Source of the DNA: Laetmonice hystrix
Taxonomy: Eukaryota
Assembly (NCBI GenBank): GCA_965235115.1
Contig: OZ249437.1
Span: 33,914,001-33,977,759, forward strand
DNA length: 63,759 bases
Reading direction: 5' to 3'
Positions 50,501 to 61,958 of this stretch are shown piece after piece; within the stretch, counting starts at the first letter, position 1, and every line of letters begins with the position of its first letter. A program made the translations under genes and the position numbers. Below the pieces are notes generated by a model. That model had not been told where the DNA came from and did no database searches. It was given only the letters and a program-made list of their open reading frames with translations.

Positions 50501-51335
50501 ATTCCTAAACTTCTTTTGAAACCACGTGCTTGGACTGTGGTTGTGAGCCAAAAGCATGTACGTTGTGACCCGAAAGCGTGTACGTTGTGACCATTTTTGG
50601 ACGTTGTGGCTCATGGACGTTGTGACTCGTGGACGTTCTGACCGGGACCCAAAACAACTCATTAAAATATTCATTTATGACATTATGACAAGTGATAGTA
50701 GTGTTACTGGCCTGACATGTACTACTAGCCAACTATAGGGATACACTTTACTGCAGTACAAGTGGTGGATCCAGGCCAGGGGGGTGCAGGGGGTGCACAC
50801 CCGCCTCCGGATTTTCGATGACAGTTTTTCTCTGTTCTCGCATGCCAGGTTTTTGTTTGTTTGAAGAATTGACCAAAAATATCATAGCCTAGGAAAAGAA
50901 TTGACAAAAAATTATATGGTAGGCTAGGCCTAAAATTTAGGCTAAATGCTCATCGGCAGACGGCCCATCGGCAGATGCTAGGAAACAGCGGGTTTTTTTT
51001 GGTCTTCTAAAATTTCTGGGGGGGGGGGGGGGGTGGGGGTGGGGGGGTGTCATAACGCCTTTCTGACTTCTTTTTATACATGTACTTGTAATTCTTGCGA
51101 GTCCAGTACCATAGGTCTTGATTGCAACTGTAAGTGTAACAACGTTCTCTATTATCGCCCGGTACTACGGGGCACTGCCCCCAGTATCTTTCGACAGACA
51201 TTAGAGAAGGCAAGGCTGAATGTGTACATATTGTGTATTTATGTGTTTATTATTTTACACATAAAACTAAAGCACTGATCTGATTTTACCTTCACTCCAG
51301 CCATGTTTCTCGAGCTGAGATCTTGCGAAGTCCAT
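47507..51335 (-). CDS. GPATCH4: G-patch domain-containing protein 4, 358 aa, 7 coding exons
   Basis: join(51335-51290,49851-49778,49557-49465,49264-49160,48875-48787,48401-48348,48122-47507) = 1077 nt. Reads [65 protein letters not shown] ... MLYGRFIKAATL ... [35 protein letters not shown], then a Lys-rich tail. Confidence 0.93.
49874..50650. mobile_element. 777-bp TIR element with subterminal repeats in GPATCH4 intron 1
   Basis: GTCAGAACGTCCACGAGTCA and its exact reverse complement TGACTCGTGGACGTTCTGAC lie near the ends, with repeated GAACGTCC / GGACGTT motifs. AAAACAAC (8 bp, or CAAAACAAC 9 bp) flanks both sides. Confidence 0.75.
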
Positions 51336-51752
51336 GGCCCATGTGGCGTCGGGCTCAAAAGGGCATGCAACCCACCTGGTGGACAATAAAAGAAGCACCA
51401 GAATTGTGCCACCAGGCGGCGTTAAACTTACGTATAGCCGGATCGCGCCCCCGATCCCCGTCAGATACTACCCTCAGAGGGAGCATGCAGTGTCCTGGCC
51501 CCTCAGGGATTTGGTGGCAGACAATAAAGTATAGGCCTATTTAGACTCTAGTAAAGAATTATCGAGGGATTTATGAGCACAATTTGCGGTTAAATATGGC
51601 AAGGGGAACCTTTTTTCCCCTTTTTTTCGCTATATGACCATTAATCAAACTATTTTCCTTCCATTTCGACTATATTGTTTTACATATGGAACAAACTATT
51701 TTTTATGTAGTTTGATGAACAAACTGTCCCCCCCGTGTTTGGTGAACAGATA

Positions 51753-51784
<32 letters not shown>

Positions 51785-52129
51785 CCATAGCCCCCCCCCC
51801 CCCCAACGTATCAAATGGTCCGCCCCTAATGATACCCCCGATACTCCCTGGCTATCGGCCTGACAATGGACACCAGGTTGTAGGCCTACATTGCGTCTCA
51901 TGGATAGATAAGGAACAAATTTATAATTGAATAAATATAGCCTAGGCCTAAATTAACATTCATTAGCCTCTCTCTCAAAAAAAATCTAAGCATCCGTGGT
52001 CTTCATTCTAGAGTTAGAACTTCCAGAACTTCTACTGAAAATCACCAGAGACAGAGTGTAGTAAATTATTACACTCTCTGAAACCAGCAACAGGTCGTTT
52101 TGAGCCTGCCCCTGGAAATAGAACAATAA

Positions 52130-52480
52130 GCATACGGATTATGACGTTTTCAGACGTCACAAAAGCTATTATATAGGTCATGACTGGGACGTCATAATCT
52201 ATCTTATGACGTCACAGACTTGCTTTTATTACTGTATCAATAACTGGGACGTCATAATCTTTCTTATGATGTCACAGACGCGGCCTTTACATTGAACAAC
52301 TGGCTACAATATCGCGGTGAAAAACGGTTCTAACTATGAATTGTAGACGCAAATCGAATAATTTATATTGAGTACATGAATATTTTAACATAAAGAAATC
52401 ATCGAATAACGTTTGAGAAATTGATTCTTCAAAAACTGTAACACCCATAATCCCAAGAATTTGTTGATGTGACGTCATAA
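52130..52480. promoter_or_regulatory. Cluster of CRE/ATF-like GACGTCA motifs between the divergent GPATCH4 and orphan genes
   Basis: Full TGACGTCA at 52207-14 and 52470-77. ACTGGGACGTCATAATCT is repeated at 52183 and 52243. Confidence 0.35.
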
Positions 52481-52615
52481 TCCCAATAGGTTGTCATGGA
52501 CAGTGTGAAGACTGTTCACAACACAGATCTGCAGTGCGGTTGCACAAGCATTGGCTGCGTCTTTCGTTGATGAATATCAATTGTTCCCTCCATTGACGTA
52601 CAAATTCTGCTCAGC

Positions 52616-54644
52616 ATGGTTCAGCAGACAATGGACGGTTCCATGAAGTATCACAAGATGACCCGCCTTGGCCGAGTGGTTGGATCCTTCGGGAGATCTT
52701 ACCGGGCATGTTGGTTGGGCATCGATCAGTTTGATGATGACTTTTACGGCACTCCAACAAAATCCCCAATGCCAATGGTATGCTCCGTCGGAATTTTTCT
52801 GACCCTTGCACGCCCGGGGACAAAGATTTTACTGATGTCCAAACGTTAATAAATAAATACAGAATACTGACATACTCACCAGGTCAAACTCAGTATTTTT
52901 TTTTTACCTTTGTGTGTAATTGAGTATAAACTTAATTAGAGGTAGACGGTAGAGAACCTTTTTTTCACACAACTTACAGGCCTAGGCTATAACGTTATAA
53001 TGACAATTTGTTATTCAGGGTGGCAGTGACTCCCCAAAGTTCACTGACATCAACCTAATCAGTTACATACAAGACAGACTTCCCTGGGAAAAAGTTTCTC
53101 AGCAGGAGGCGGCCTTCGAACCCAAAACTAAAGGTAGGCCTTTGCAACCATCTTGACAAAGTTATAGCCCCATAAAATTAATGATGGATGCATGGCCTAT
53201 AAGATCTAGCCTCTCTTTGTCTAAATTTTGTCTGCCTGCCTGCCTCTCACTCTCTGTCTGTCTTGCTCTGTCTGTCTGTCTCTCTGTGGCTCTGTTTTTT
53301 TTCACATCGCAGTAGGCCTATGTATAATATTTGGGTATATTCCCCGTGATAACTTATGCCCCACGAAATTTGTTCGAAAGTATAGATCCATGCATGGTCC
53401 TGACCTAATTATCCCTAACCCCGGTCCCTACACCTCCCAAAAACATATCCTATCCCTGACCTTAACCCGAACCCCCACCCAAAATTTTGTGGGGAAGTTA
53501 CCATGGGGGAATAACCAATATATTTGTCATTGACTGTCTACATCAGAGATTCTTAGATTGGGGTAAAAAAATCAACACAATTCTGAGATTTAAAGAGACG
53601 CGTCACTTTTCTCAGTGGCGCCACCTCGTGGCAATTGACGAACTCTATTTTTACACGTTGCAACGCGTTTTTTACGTCACTCATGCTGTCAACAACACGG
53701 CAATGCAGAGGCAGAGTCAAGTCTGGCCGCTTCGCATCCCAGAAACAGTTTGACAAAAGGCTTCACGATGCCAGAAAAATGTACTTGACTATGTGTTTTA
53801 ACATTGGAGTCTATGGGACCGATAAGACCCTTGGTAGTGAAAATGTCGATATCTCATGAATTTCCATGGTGACATATGATTTTTTTAATCTAAAGTGTTC
53901 AAAACAAGTCATGCAACAATTCTGAGAAGTATTTTCAGAATCTCTGGGTTAGAAATGTCTGAAAAGAAACTTCTCTCTTCTAATTCGAACCAAAAATTTC
54001 ACGTATCTCTCTCTACTGTAGACTGTATACATAGTAGTGCGAATTGAAGGCCTATCTTCAAATGCTCATAACTCAGGATCCGATATGGTGACCCGCCATT
54101 TTCTTTGCACCAAAATACTCGAAAAATGTAGAATTATTTTATGTGAAAGTAGCCTGAAAATCTCTGGGTCAGAAATTTTTGGCTTATTGGTGTCGAGTCC
54201 CTTTAATATCGACTATTTACAGATCGGCTGCGTGGTAAAGCAAGGTCTGCTTGGCGCCAAATTAAGAAATGGTTCAGCCGAGCCAAACCAAGCGGGGCGA
54301 TTATCTACCTGCCCGAAACCAGTGGCTCCATCTGGTACGTCAACACGCCAGACACAACTCCTGTCAGAGAAAACGAGGGTGACGTTTTCACTGATTTACC
54401 AGGAGACGGCAGCGTGAAGCTGGACGTTCTGTCGAGCCGTGACGTAGGCCTAGTCAAGAATATTGACGTAGTGTCGGAAAACTCGTCAGTGTACAGTGTT
54501 GGTGGTCAGTTTGACGAGAAGAACGGTGTTAGGTCCTCCATCATGGACCATACAGCTCTGGAGGTGGCGCGCCGTGACAATAAGCTTCCCATCAATGTGA
54601 ACCACTCACCTGTCAAGGTTCTTGTTAATAACTGGATGGAGTGA
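52616..54644 (+). CDS. Uncharacterised 232-aa protein, 3 coding exons
   Basis: join(52616-52777,53019-53133,54223-54644) = 699 nt. Splice sites ATG|gtatgc, tattcag|GGT, AAAG|gtaggc and tttacag|AT, phases 0 and 1, and the frame stays open throughout. AATAAA near 54764. No domain recognised. Confidence 0.7.
53340..53511. mobile_element. Tc1/mariner-type MITE (TA TSD)
   Basis: Imperfect TIRs TTCCCCGTGATAACTT ... AAGTTACCATGGGGGAA with TA on both flanks and a CCCTAACC-like core. Confidence 0.55.
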
Positions 54645-55560
54645 TCATGAGGTGTGGACCTAGGCCTACCAAATGTGATAAAAATAAGAAGAGATGAGTG
54701 TCGATTTATAGGCCTCCCATTCTTGCACGGCGACACCAATGATGGTCTATGAAATAGTTAAGCAATAAATGCGCTGAATTTAATGGACATTATGTGTTAT
54801 CTATGCTAAGCAATCTTTCAAGACCAAGCCTCCCCCTTGCCCCCCCAAATCAAAGCCATTCTGTATGGGTCGGTGTCACACAAATTAGGCCCCTATGTAT
54901 CCCGATCATAGTTTGGCATCTGATTAACAGTTTGAAGTAGATCTATATCAAAATTGTCCTAAACCGTTTTAAGAGCCTATAGCGTAAAACATAATAGGAC
55001 GTGCCCAACTCATTCCACAGGTTCCCCATGAAAGTTTGATAGACTTCCTAATGGCTTCTCTCAATGCAGGCACATGTTAACTTCTAGTAGTACTTCACGG
55101 TCGGATTTAATCAATAGTCTCCTACTGCAACGGTCCTACACGTTTGCGAACACATAGGCCTAGGCCTAATGAGCGTGTACTTTTTCAACGGCCAGCAAAT
55201 TCTCATTGGCACTCACTATAGGAGAGATAACATGAACGTAGATGGATTTATACATTTGTTTAGACCTATACGTCAGAGATTCCTGGGAGATTTTATGGGA
55301 AGTTTAACGTGTCACAAGGCAAGCTGGGGTTCGCCGTAGTTGATCACTATACTATAGCAAGTAATTCGTACAAAGGTCAGTTTACCTGCCTGTACACCAC
55401 CTAACTACGGACCTCGAGCCTTTAGAGGCCACATCTGACTGCTACACCCCAGCCCCTCGCCAAAAGGGCAGTAGTCAGCTATGTGACAATATTCATAGCC
55501 TCTATGGCGACAGTAACCACCTGTATTATGAATGGAAGAGAAGACATCCTGAGATCCTTG

Positions 55561-58500
55561 ATGAAGACTCGGACGTACAGAGGGACGGTGAGGATCATAT
55601 TACTGATCCTCTTTGTTCTGAACATCGCCGCCATGCCGCTAGATTTGTTACCGTTTGTTATCGATGTGGACTTTCAACTCAACAGAACTGCCATTGCCGG
55701 CATAACAACGCTTCCTTCAGGTAATGAGGTTGGCCTCCTTTCATTTTACCGGTTCACATAGGTAACCGTAAGGGTGTAGTATAGCGGTTCTCCGGGGTTT
55801 TATTATAGCCTATACATAATACAAAATGTATGAAAATTGGGGTATAGGTATACGCAGGGGAGGCAAAATAGCCATTCGCTTATGTGTAGAGGTCTCAATA
55901 ATAATCATAGGCTAGGCCCCTATATGGGGCAATATTCGCCCACTAATAGCATGCATGCAGGGGCATGCACCCTGGCTCGATGGAACTATAGAGGCACCTG
56001 TAGATCTAGATCTAAATTATTTTATGTCTGCTTCATAAATTTTCAAGATTTCTGGTTTGAAGTCACGATGAGCAAACAGGTCAACACCTTAAATAAATCA
56101 AATATTTACAATCTCCTCTTCACACTACGATGCCGTAGAGGGTTTCCCCAGTCAGCCAGGTGACTCCATTCTGATCGATGTCCCATGTTTATCCCCCCCA
56201 GGGACCCCCTGCAGAGATGACATGGGTAACATCCGTGAGGACGGTGATAGTTGGATATCCTCGGAGGGCTGTGATCGCATCTACTGCCAACACGGTTGGA
56301 AGGACAACTACACCGTCACCTACCAGTAAGACGTAGATCTAGGCCCTACCGCCCGTCCGCCTGTACTATACCACCCCCTTTTGTTGGGAAAAGGTCAAAA
56401 AATCAATATTTTTCCTAACCCGTGAGTTATCCCTATTCCCACCTCCATTTCATGGGAGGGGGGAATTAATCAGTAAGAAAGTGTACCGACTGCCCTGTAT
56501 AAAAGTTGAAGTAACTGACAGAGAAAACCACACATTTAACTACTGCTTTTGTTCCGCCAGGTGTCGGGAGGTGCTCCCGAATGAGAACCTTGATACCATA
56601 AACTGCCGCGAGGTGTCGCATCCGTCACGACCGTTCCCCCATTGCTGTCCCTACATCGACTGTGCATACAGAAATGTGACACCGACTGATCCGCCAAATG
56701 GTAAGTAGGAACTCGAGCTAGGATTTTGAAAGAAGAGGGCAGGGACTCATTAAAAAAAGACATATTAAAAACATTTCAACGAAAAAGGGGCCTTCAAAGT
56801 GTGGGTCCACATTTTAAAAATGATTTTCAAAAAGCGGGGCCGTGGGGGCGGGGGGGGGGGGGGTTAACAGTGGACGGATCCAAGTGTTAGATAGGACATG
56901 TCCTAACTAACATTGTAACACTACAGATGGTAAAAAAATCTTTGGCACCCAGGGGGGTTACAGACACCCAACCCCCCAACCCATAGGCACGGCCCTGCAA
57001 CCTCTCCTGGTGATACAACACATTCATTAAGCCTCGTGCAAAGACATAGGCAAAGAATTGGGAGTCATCAACATGAGAGCCTATCCCGACCCTCATACAG
57101 GTATAGGACCTGAAATAACTCTGGCAGTCATCAACACGAGAGCCTATCCCGACCCTAATACAGGTATAGGACGAGAGATAACTCTAGCAGTCATCAACAC
57201 GAGAGCCTATCCCGACCCTAATACAGGTATAGGACTCGAGATAACTCTGGCAGTCATCAACACGACAGCCTATCCCGACCCTAATACAGGTATATGACTC
57301 GAGATAACTCTAGCAGTCATCAACACGAGAGCCTATCCCGACCCTAATACAGGTATAGGACCTGAGATAACTCTGGCAGTCATCAACACGAGAGCCTATT
57401 CCGACCCTAATACAGGTATAGGACCTGAGATAACTCTGGCAGTCATCAACACGACAGCCTATCCCGACCCTCATACAGGTATAGGACTCGAGATAACTCT
57501 GGCAGTCATCCACACGAGAGCCTATCCCGACCCTAATACAGGTATAGGACCTGAGATAACTCTGGCAGTCATCAACACGAGAGCCTATCCCGACCCTAAT
57601 ACAGGACCTGAGATAACTCTAGCAGTCATCAACACGAGAGCCTATCCCGACCCTAATACAGGTATAGGACTCGAGATAACTCTTACTATTATCTTTCAGT
57701 TTGTCGGGATTTGTCTCCGGAATCCTCTTGCAAGATCTGGGCAGATGACCTGAACGGGTGTCACCCCACCAGTCATGTTTACAACTTTACGCGAACTTAC
57801 TGTAACGCCACCTGCGGGTAAGCAAAACGGTTTTTATACGCTTAAGAAACAGTAGGGACCTGCACACGCACAGTTAAATCCTTTCAAATCTCCAAACAGG
57901 TATGCCCCTTCTCTTGAAACTTTATTTGGTAGGGTTTCTGGATTACTAAAAGAATAGATTGCCAGCGAGTTGTGGACTGTCTGTTAGTGTAGATCAACAG
58001 AAGTTAACACTGTCGGGCGACAACGTGTAGGCCTAAAGTGGGCGTTCTACGACCCCCTCATCGCTTGCAGCTTATAGCGACTGACGACGTGCTTCTCAAA
58101 TGACGAGCAGGCGTCGTCCTAAAGTCTCAGCAGTCTCTCTCGAACCCCCACCGTTGCCACCCCCTTCCCATCATGCCCCTTCCCCTTTACACCGCCCCCT
58201 CACGTGACTCAGTATTTTGGACGTCCAACTACATGTGCCCGGACTTCTTTTTCCTTTTTTTAATTTTTTCTATGTGATTTGCCACACACTTACGTAGGCC
58301 TATAGGCCTATTCCCTGACGGCCAAAGTCCGGCCTCCGCACGTGGGGGACACGTTACCAAATTGTCGGCTGCTGTCCTTGCTGATTGGTGACAACATTTT
58401 CACCGCATGAGTAACCTGATAACCTTTAATCAGGAGCATACGTCCGTAAAATACGGCACACATAGGTTGTTGGCATAACTATTTAAGTACCGACATGTGA

Positions 58501-60613
58501 TTTCTGTTTGCATGCTGGATCATGCCGAACGGCTGCCTTTGTCAGTCTTACTTTAGTTGAAGGAAAAGAAAAGGAAATGTGGAGGAAAAAGGGGAAAGTT
58601 GTCGAGAAAAATATGCAGTGCCAAAATATGCAGTGACGTAAGTTTGAGAAGATTATGTCAACAAACCTAGCATGACGGAATAGACGGTAGCTATGATGAT
58701 TTTGGAAACTTCTAATGAACTTTATTTTTTTTTAGTAAAATAGCCTTTATATATGCTACCAATGTGACAATTACGAGAGTTCTAAAAGCAAACGGGAAGA
58801 TATGATATAAGGAAAGTCGGATACCACGGTCCATGGAGTTCAGAACTCCAAGAACCGTAAAATTAAAAATGCAAGACATACATGTATATGTTGCAAAACG
58901 TGCTGAATGTCCCAAAACAAATGACAGTCGGCACTTCATGAATCACATCTGCTTAAAGGCGCAATAAATAAAATACAATCATCATTTAAAACGACGCTTT
59001 CAGAATTCTTAATATATTTTCAACCTCTCTGCATATATCGTGGATGTAAAATATTTTGCAGATATGTGATATCACAAATGGCCAGTTACTAGTAATTAAA
59101 GATGGTGACCACTTTCCCGGGTCCTTTTACTTTCAAGTGACACTCCAGTAAGTAACGAGCGAACTTGGGTCACCAGTTGAATTTTGTACATGTGCAACAG
59201 GTCGGTTCATACGGTCCGCACGTGTTGGGAGTCAAAGGGTCATAATTAACACCACTGTGATATCGACATCAAGATGTTACTTTTCCTTTTGTAATAGTCT
59301 CCACCGAAGACCCCTCTATGGAGACAGTTTACATTGATTTAATTAAAAGTACCAACCCTCTCTGAAGTTTCTAAAATGCATTATATACCCCCTAGGGTAG
59401 TTAGAAGATTGTCTCGGTATAGACGGCGCACGAGTTTCTCTTCGCTTACCGCAACTCGATCTTTGCCGACGCAACATAAAGGGTGACGTTCCGTCACCTT
59501 AGATGGAAAGGTCCTTTGGTCCTTGGCTTCTCAGCGGGTCCCGTTTTAGGGGGGTTGTGGGGGAGGGGCGTTGGTGGCTGTCGTGCTCGACCCCGCCCCA
59601 AGCGTGGCGACCCCCCGCCTCCGGGCTGGTCACGTCAAATCTGACCGGTCGACTCGACCAGTAGTTGATGAATGGTTCTAAGGTCTCACCCACTCTCCGA
59701 GTCTGGACCACGTCACGCTGAACTCGGACGCCTCGGGCAGCCATTGCTCCATGACCAGTGGCCGGCTTGAAACGAACCCGGCTCTTTTCTCCATTAATTC
59801 TTGTCACCCGGTCTTCCTTTTATGAAGCTCTTTTATATGTGAATTTCTTTTTCATTATATTTTTTTTCCATGTTTAGTATTTAATAAAACAGTCACGCGC
59901 CTATCATTTTTGCTTGGGCTATAAAAATCAAAAGGTCTCTCAGGCCCCAAGACCTGACATTTCATCATAATACCCCTTCAATACATCTTCACGGTAATAA
60001 CATCCCGAAAGATGCAAACATTTTGTCCACCTCAATAATCTTAAGGTCTGTCTTCAACACGTATGAGCACCCCCTCTCCCCAAAACAATCGTTAAAAAGG
60101 AGAAGACAATAAAGGAATGAAGAATAAAGGTAGCTAACCTTTGACAAGACACTGTGTATGCAGATTTAGAGTAAACTTTGGTAAAGATAACAAATAGATA
60201 CGGTATCAGATATCACCACTATAAGATCGATCTTTTAGTTCTGACAAATGACGACATAATTATAATGCATTCTATTATACCAAATAGCTATTTTATGGTA
60301 TGGATAAAAATACGGGTCGTATACTACTGCTAAATACAGAGGCTCCTATCTGATCGTCAATATCGCCTCAGCTAGAATAAATGTTACAAACAAAAACTTA
60401 ATTAATTAATAATCAATCAGAGATATAATTTTTTCTAAAATTATCATTATCTAAAAAAAGTTTCCATTTTATGCTTTGATCGACTCCGAAACAAGTCAAG
60501 GATACTCACCTATAACGACGTCAGTCTTAAGCTGGATAGGGAATAAAGCGATCGATGGACAACTAATATTAGTTCATGGATTTATTTTTCTTATTTTTTC
60601 CAGATTTTGCTGA
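55561..60613 (+). CDS. Secreted protein with a single von Willebrand factor C (SVWC) domain and a C-terminal ShKT domain, about 183 aa
   Basis: join(55561-55720,56202-56325,56561-56700,57700-57817,60604-60613) = 552 nt, phases 1/2/1/2. Hydrophobic signal IILLILFVLNIAA. Eight-Cys module CRDDMGNIREDGDSWISSEGCDRIYC...CREV...CREVSHPSRPFPHCCPYIDC. Six-Cys module CRDLSPESSCKIWADDLNGCHPTSHVYNFTRTYCNATCGFC*. The start could instead be an upstream in-frame ATG (55528). Confidence 0.85.
57063..57683 (+). repeat. Minisatellite, 10 units of 63 bp, abutting the acceptor of the ShKT exon
   Basis: Unit GAGATAACTCTGGCAG|TCATCAACACGAGAGCCTATCCCGACCCTAATACAG|GTATAGGACCT. The last unit ends 16 nt before the exon start at 57700. 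Confidence 0.93.
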
Positions 60614-61860
60614 TAGAAAGAAATGCATGGCACATCAAGTCGCAAAGTCTTCGTAACGTCTGCAGGAATTACTGAGCAATGACGAGGCTGTACTAAGGCG
60701 CCCAAGGCACAGGACTGCTTTAGCCAAACTTACCACAATGATTGAATGATACTTCACAGCCAGCCTGCGGGGACTGAAATGGGCGATAAAGTTGTAAGCG
60801 CCCAGATTATTATAATGATCCGAGTAAATGCTGGCAGTTCCCAGTTTCCAAAAAGTTCTCCCCATGTATCTATTCTTACTCTGTCCTCGTGGGGACACAT
60901 GTTAAAAATAATCGTCTGTAATCGTGCAAGACCACTTTGCTGTTCGATATAAGAAGCGACGAATGGGGCAAGGACAGAAGTGGTAATCATCGGTGTATGG
61001 CGCAGATGAGTTCGAGGTGTTTCGGAGCCTTTTCTCATCAACTGAACCACCTCCGACTTTGGAATGTCCAACCGGGAACGAGTTTTTCATTAGTTTTTGT
61101 TTTGGGGTAGATCAGTAGGGAAACAAGATAGCAGGAACTCATGTTGCTAAGAAACTTTGGGTCTCTAGGCTTACAGTTCCATGTGGGCCGCCACATTTGA
61201 CGGCATGACGTTAGAGGAATTTAACGATAAAAATATATCATGAAGACAGTACATTTTCTTTTTTTCACAGCTCCTATCGTTGGTCCAATTTTCCCGTCAC
61301 ATTTTGATGACCTCCTCACGCCCTCATATCCATAATGTAGTTTATATTTAGATATATAGTATAAAGTTTATCCATAGGTTATAAGTTTATGTTCTGCAAA
61401 GACTATATAGCCTTGTGGCGTTGTTGGCGGTTAAAATCCGGATAGAGTTGTCAGTTTGCACCTGTACAAATGCCGCGTATTGCATCTAGTTGAATGAGAA
61501 AGGTGTACAGCTGGCCAAAGCTGCCACAGAATAGGGCCCTTATATAATAGCAGGTAGCGCAGTCCTATATGGTTTCTGGGCATATGTAAGTGTTTTAAAT
61601 ACATTTTCAAATGTCAAAGTAGAGTTACTCCCGATATAAGCCTATAAACATTACCAAGGGGCTGATTCCGAAACCTTTTAATTGGATTGCTGAACCATTT
61701 GACAAAGAAAATCTGTTCTTCCTCCCAGTCTCTCTCCATATTAATAGGAGTTTATGAAGGCAATGATGTAGTGTAAATTATGAATAAAGCTAAATCGATC
61801 CGTCGTATATGTTTCAAATGTTTTTTAAAATAAGGGACGCGTATGTTTTGGCGACAGTTC

Positions 61861-61958
61861 AACACAGTTCTTGGGCCCGTCCAAGAACAACACCGTTCTT
61901 GGGCCCGTCCAAGAACAACACCGTTCTTGGGCCCGTCCAAGAACAACACCGTTCTTGG
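61861..61958. repeat. 28-bp tandem repeat, 3.5 units, each a hairpin
   Basis: AACACCGTTCTTGGGCCCGTCCAAGAAC, with the internal inverted pair GTTCTTGG / CCAAGAAC. Confidence 0.9.

Noticed and set aside
54037-54417. 126-aa ORF MRIEGLSS...
   Set aside because: It overlaps the orphan's last exon in another frame and starts in repeat-like intron sequence. The spliced frame explains the region better.
59499-59807. 102-aa minus-strand ORF in a GC-rich patch
   Set aside because: No recognisable domain or splice partners. Its length is explained by high GC, and it lies in the last intron of the SVWC-ShKT gene.
60635-61090. Overlapping minus-strand ORFs (87, 105 and 62 aa)
   Set aside because: They lie antisense to the presumed 3'UTR of the SVWC-ShKT gene, with no motif or splice support.
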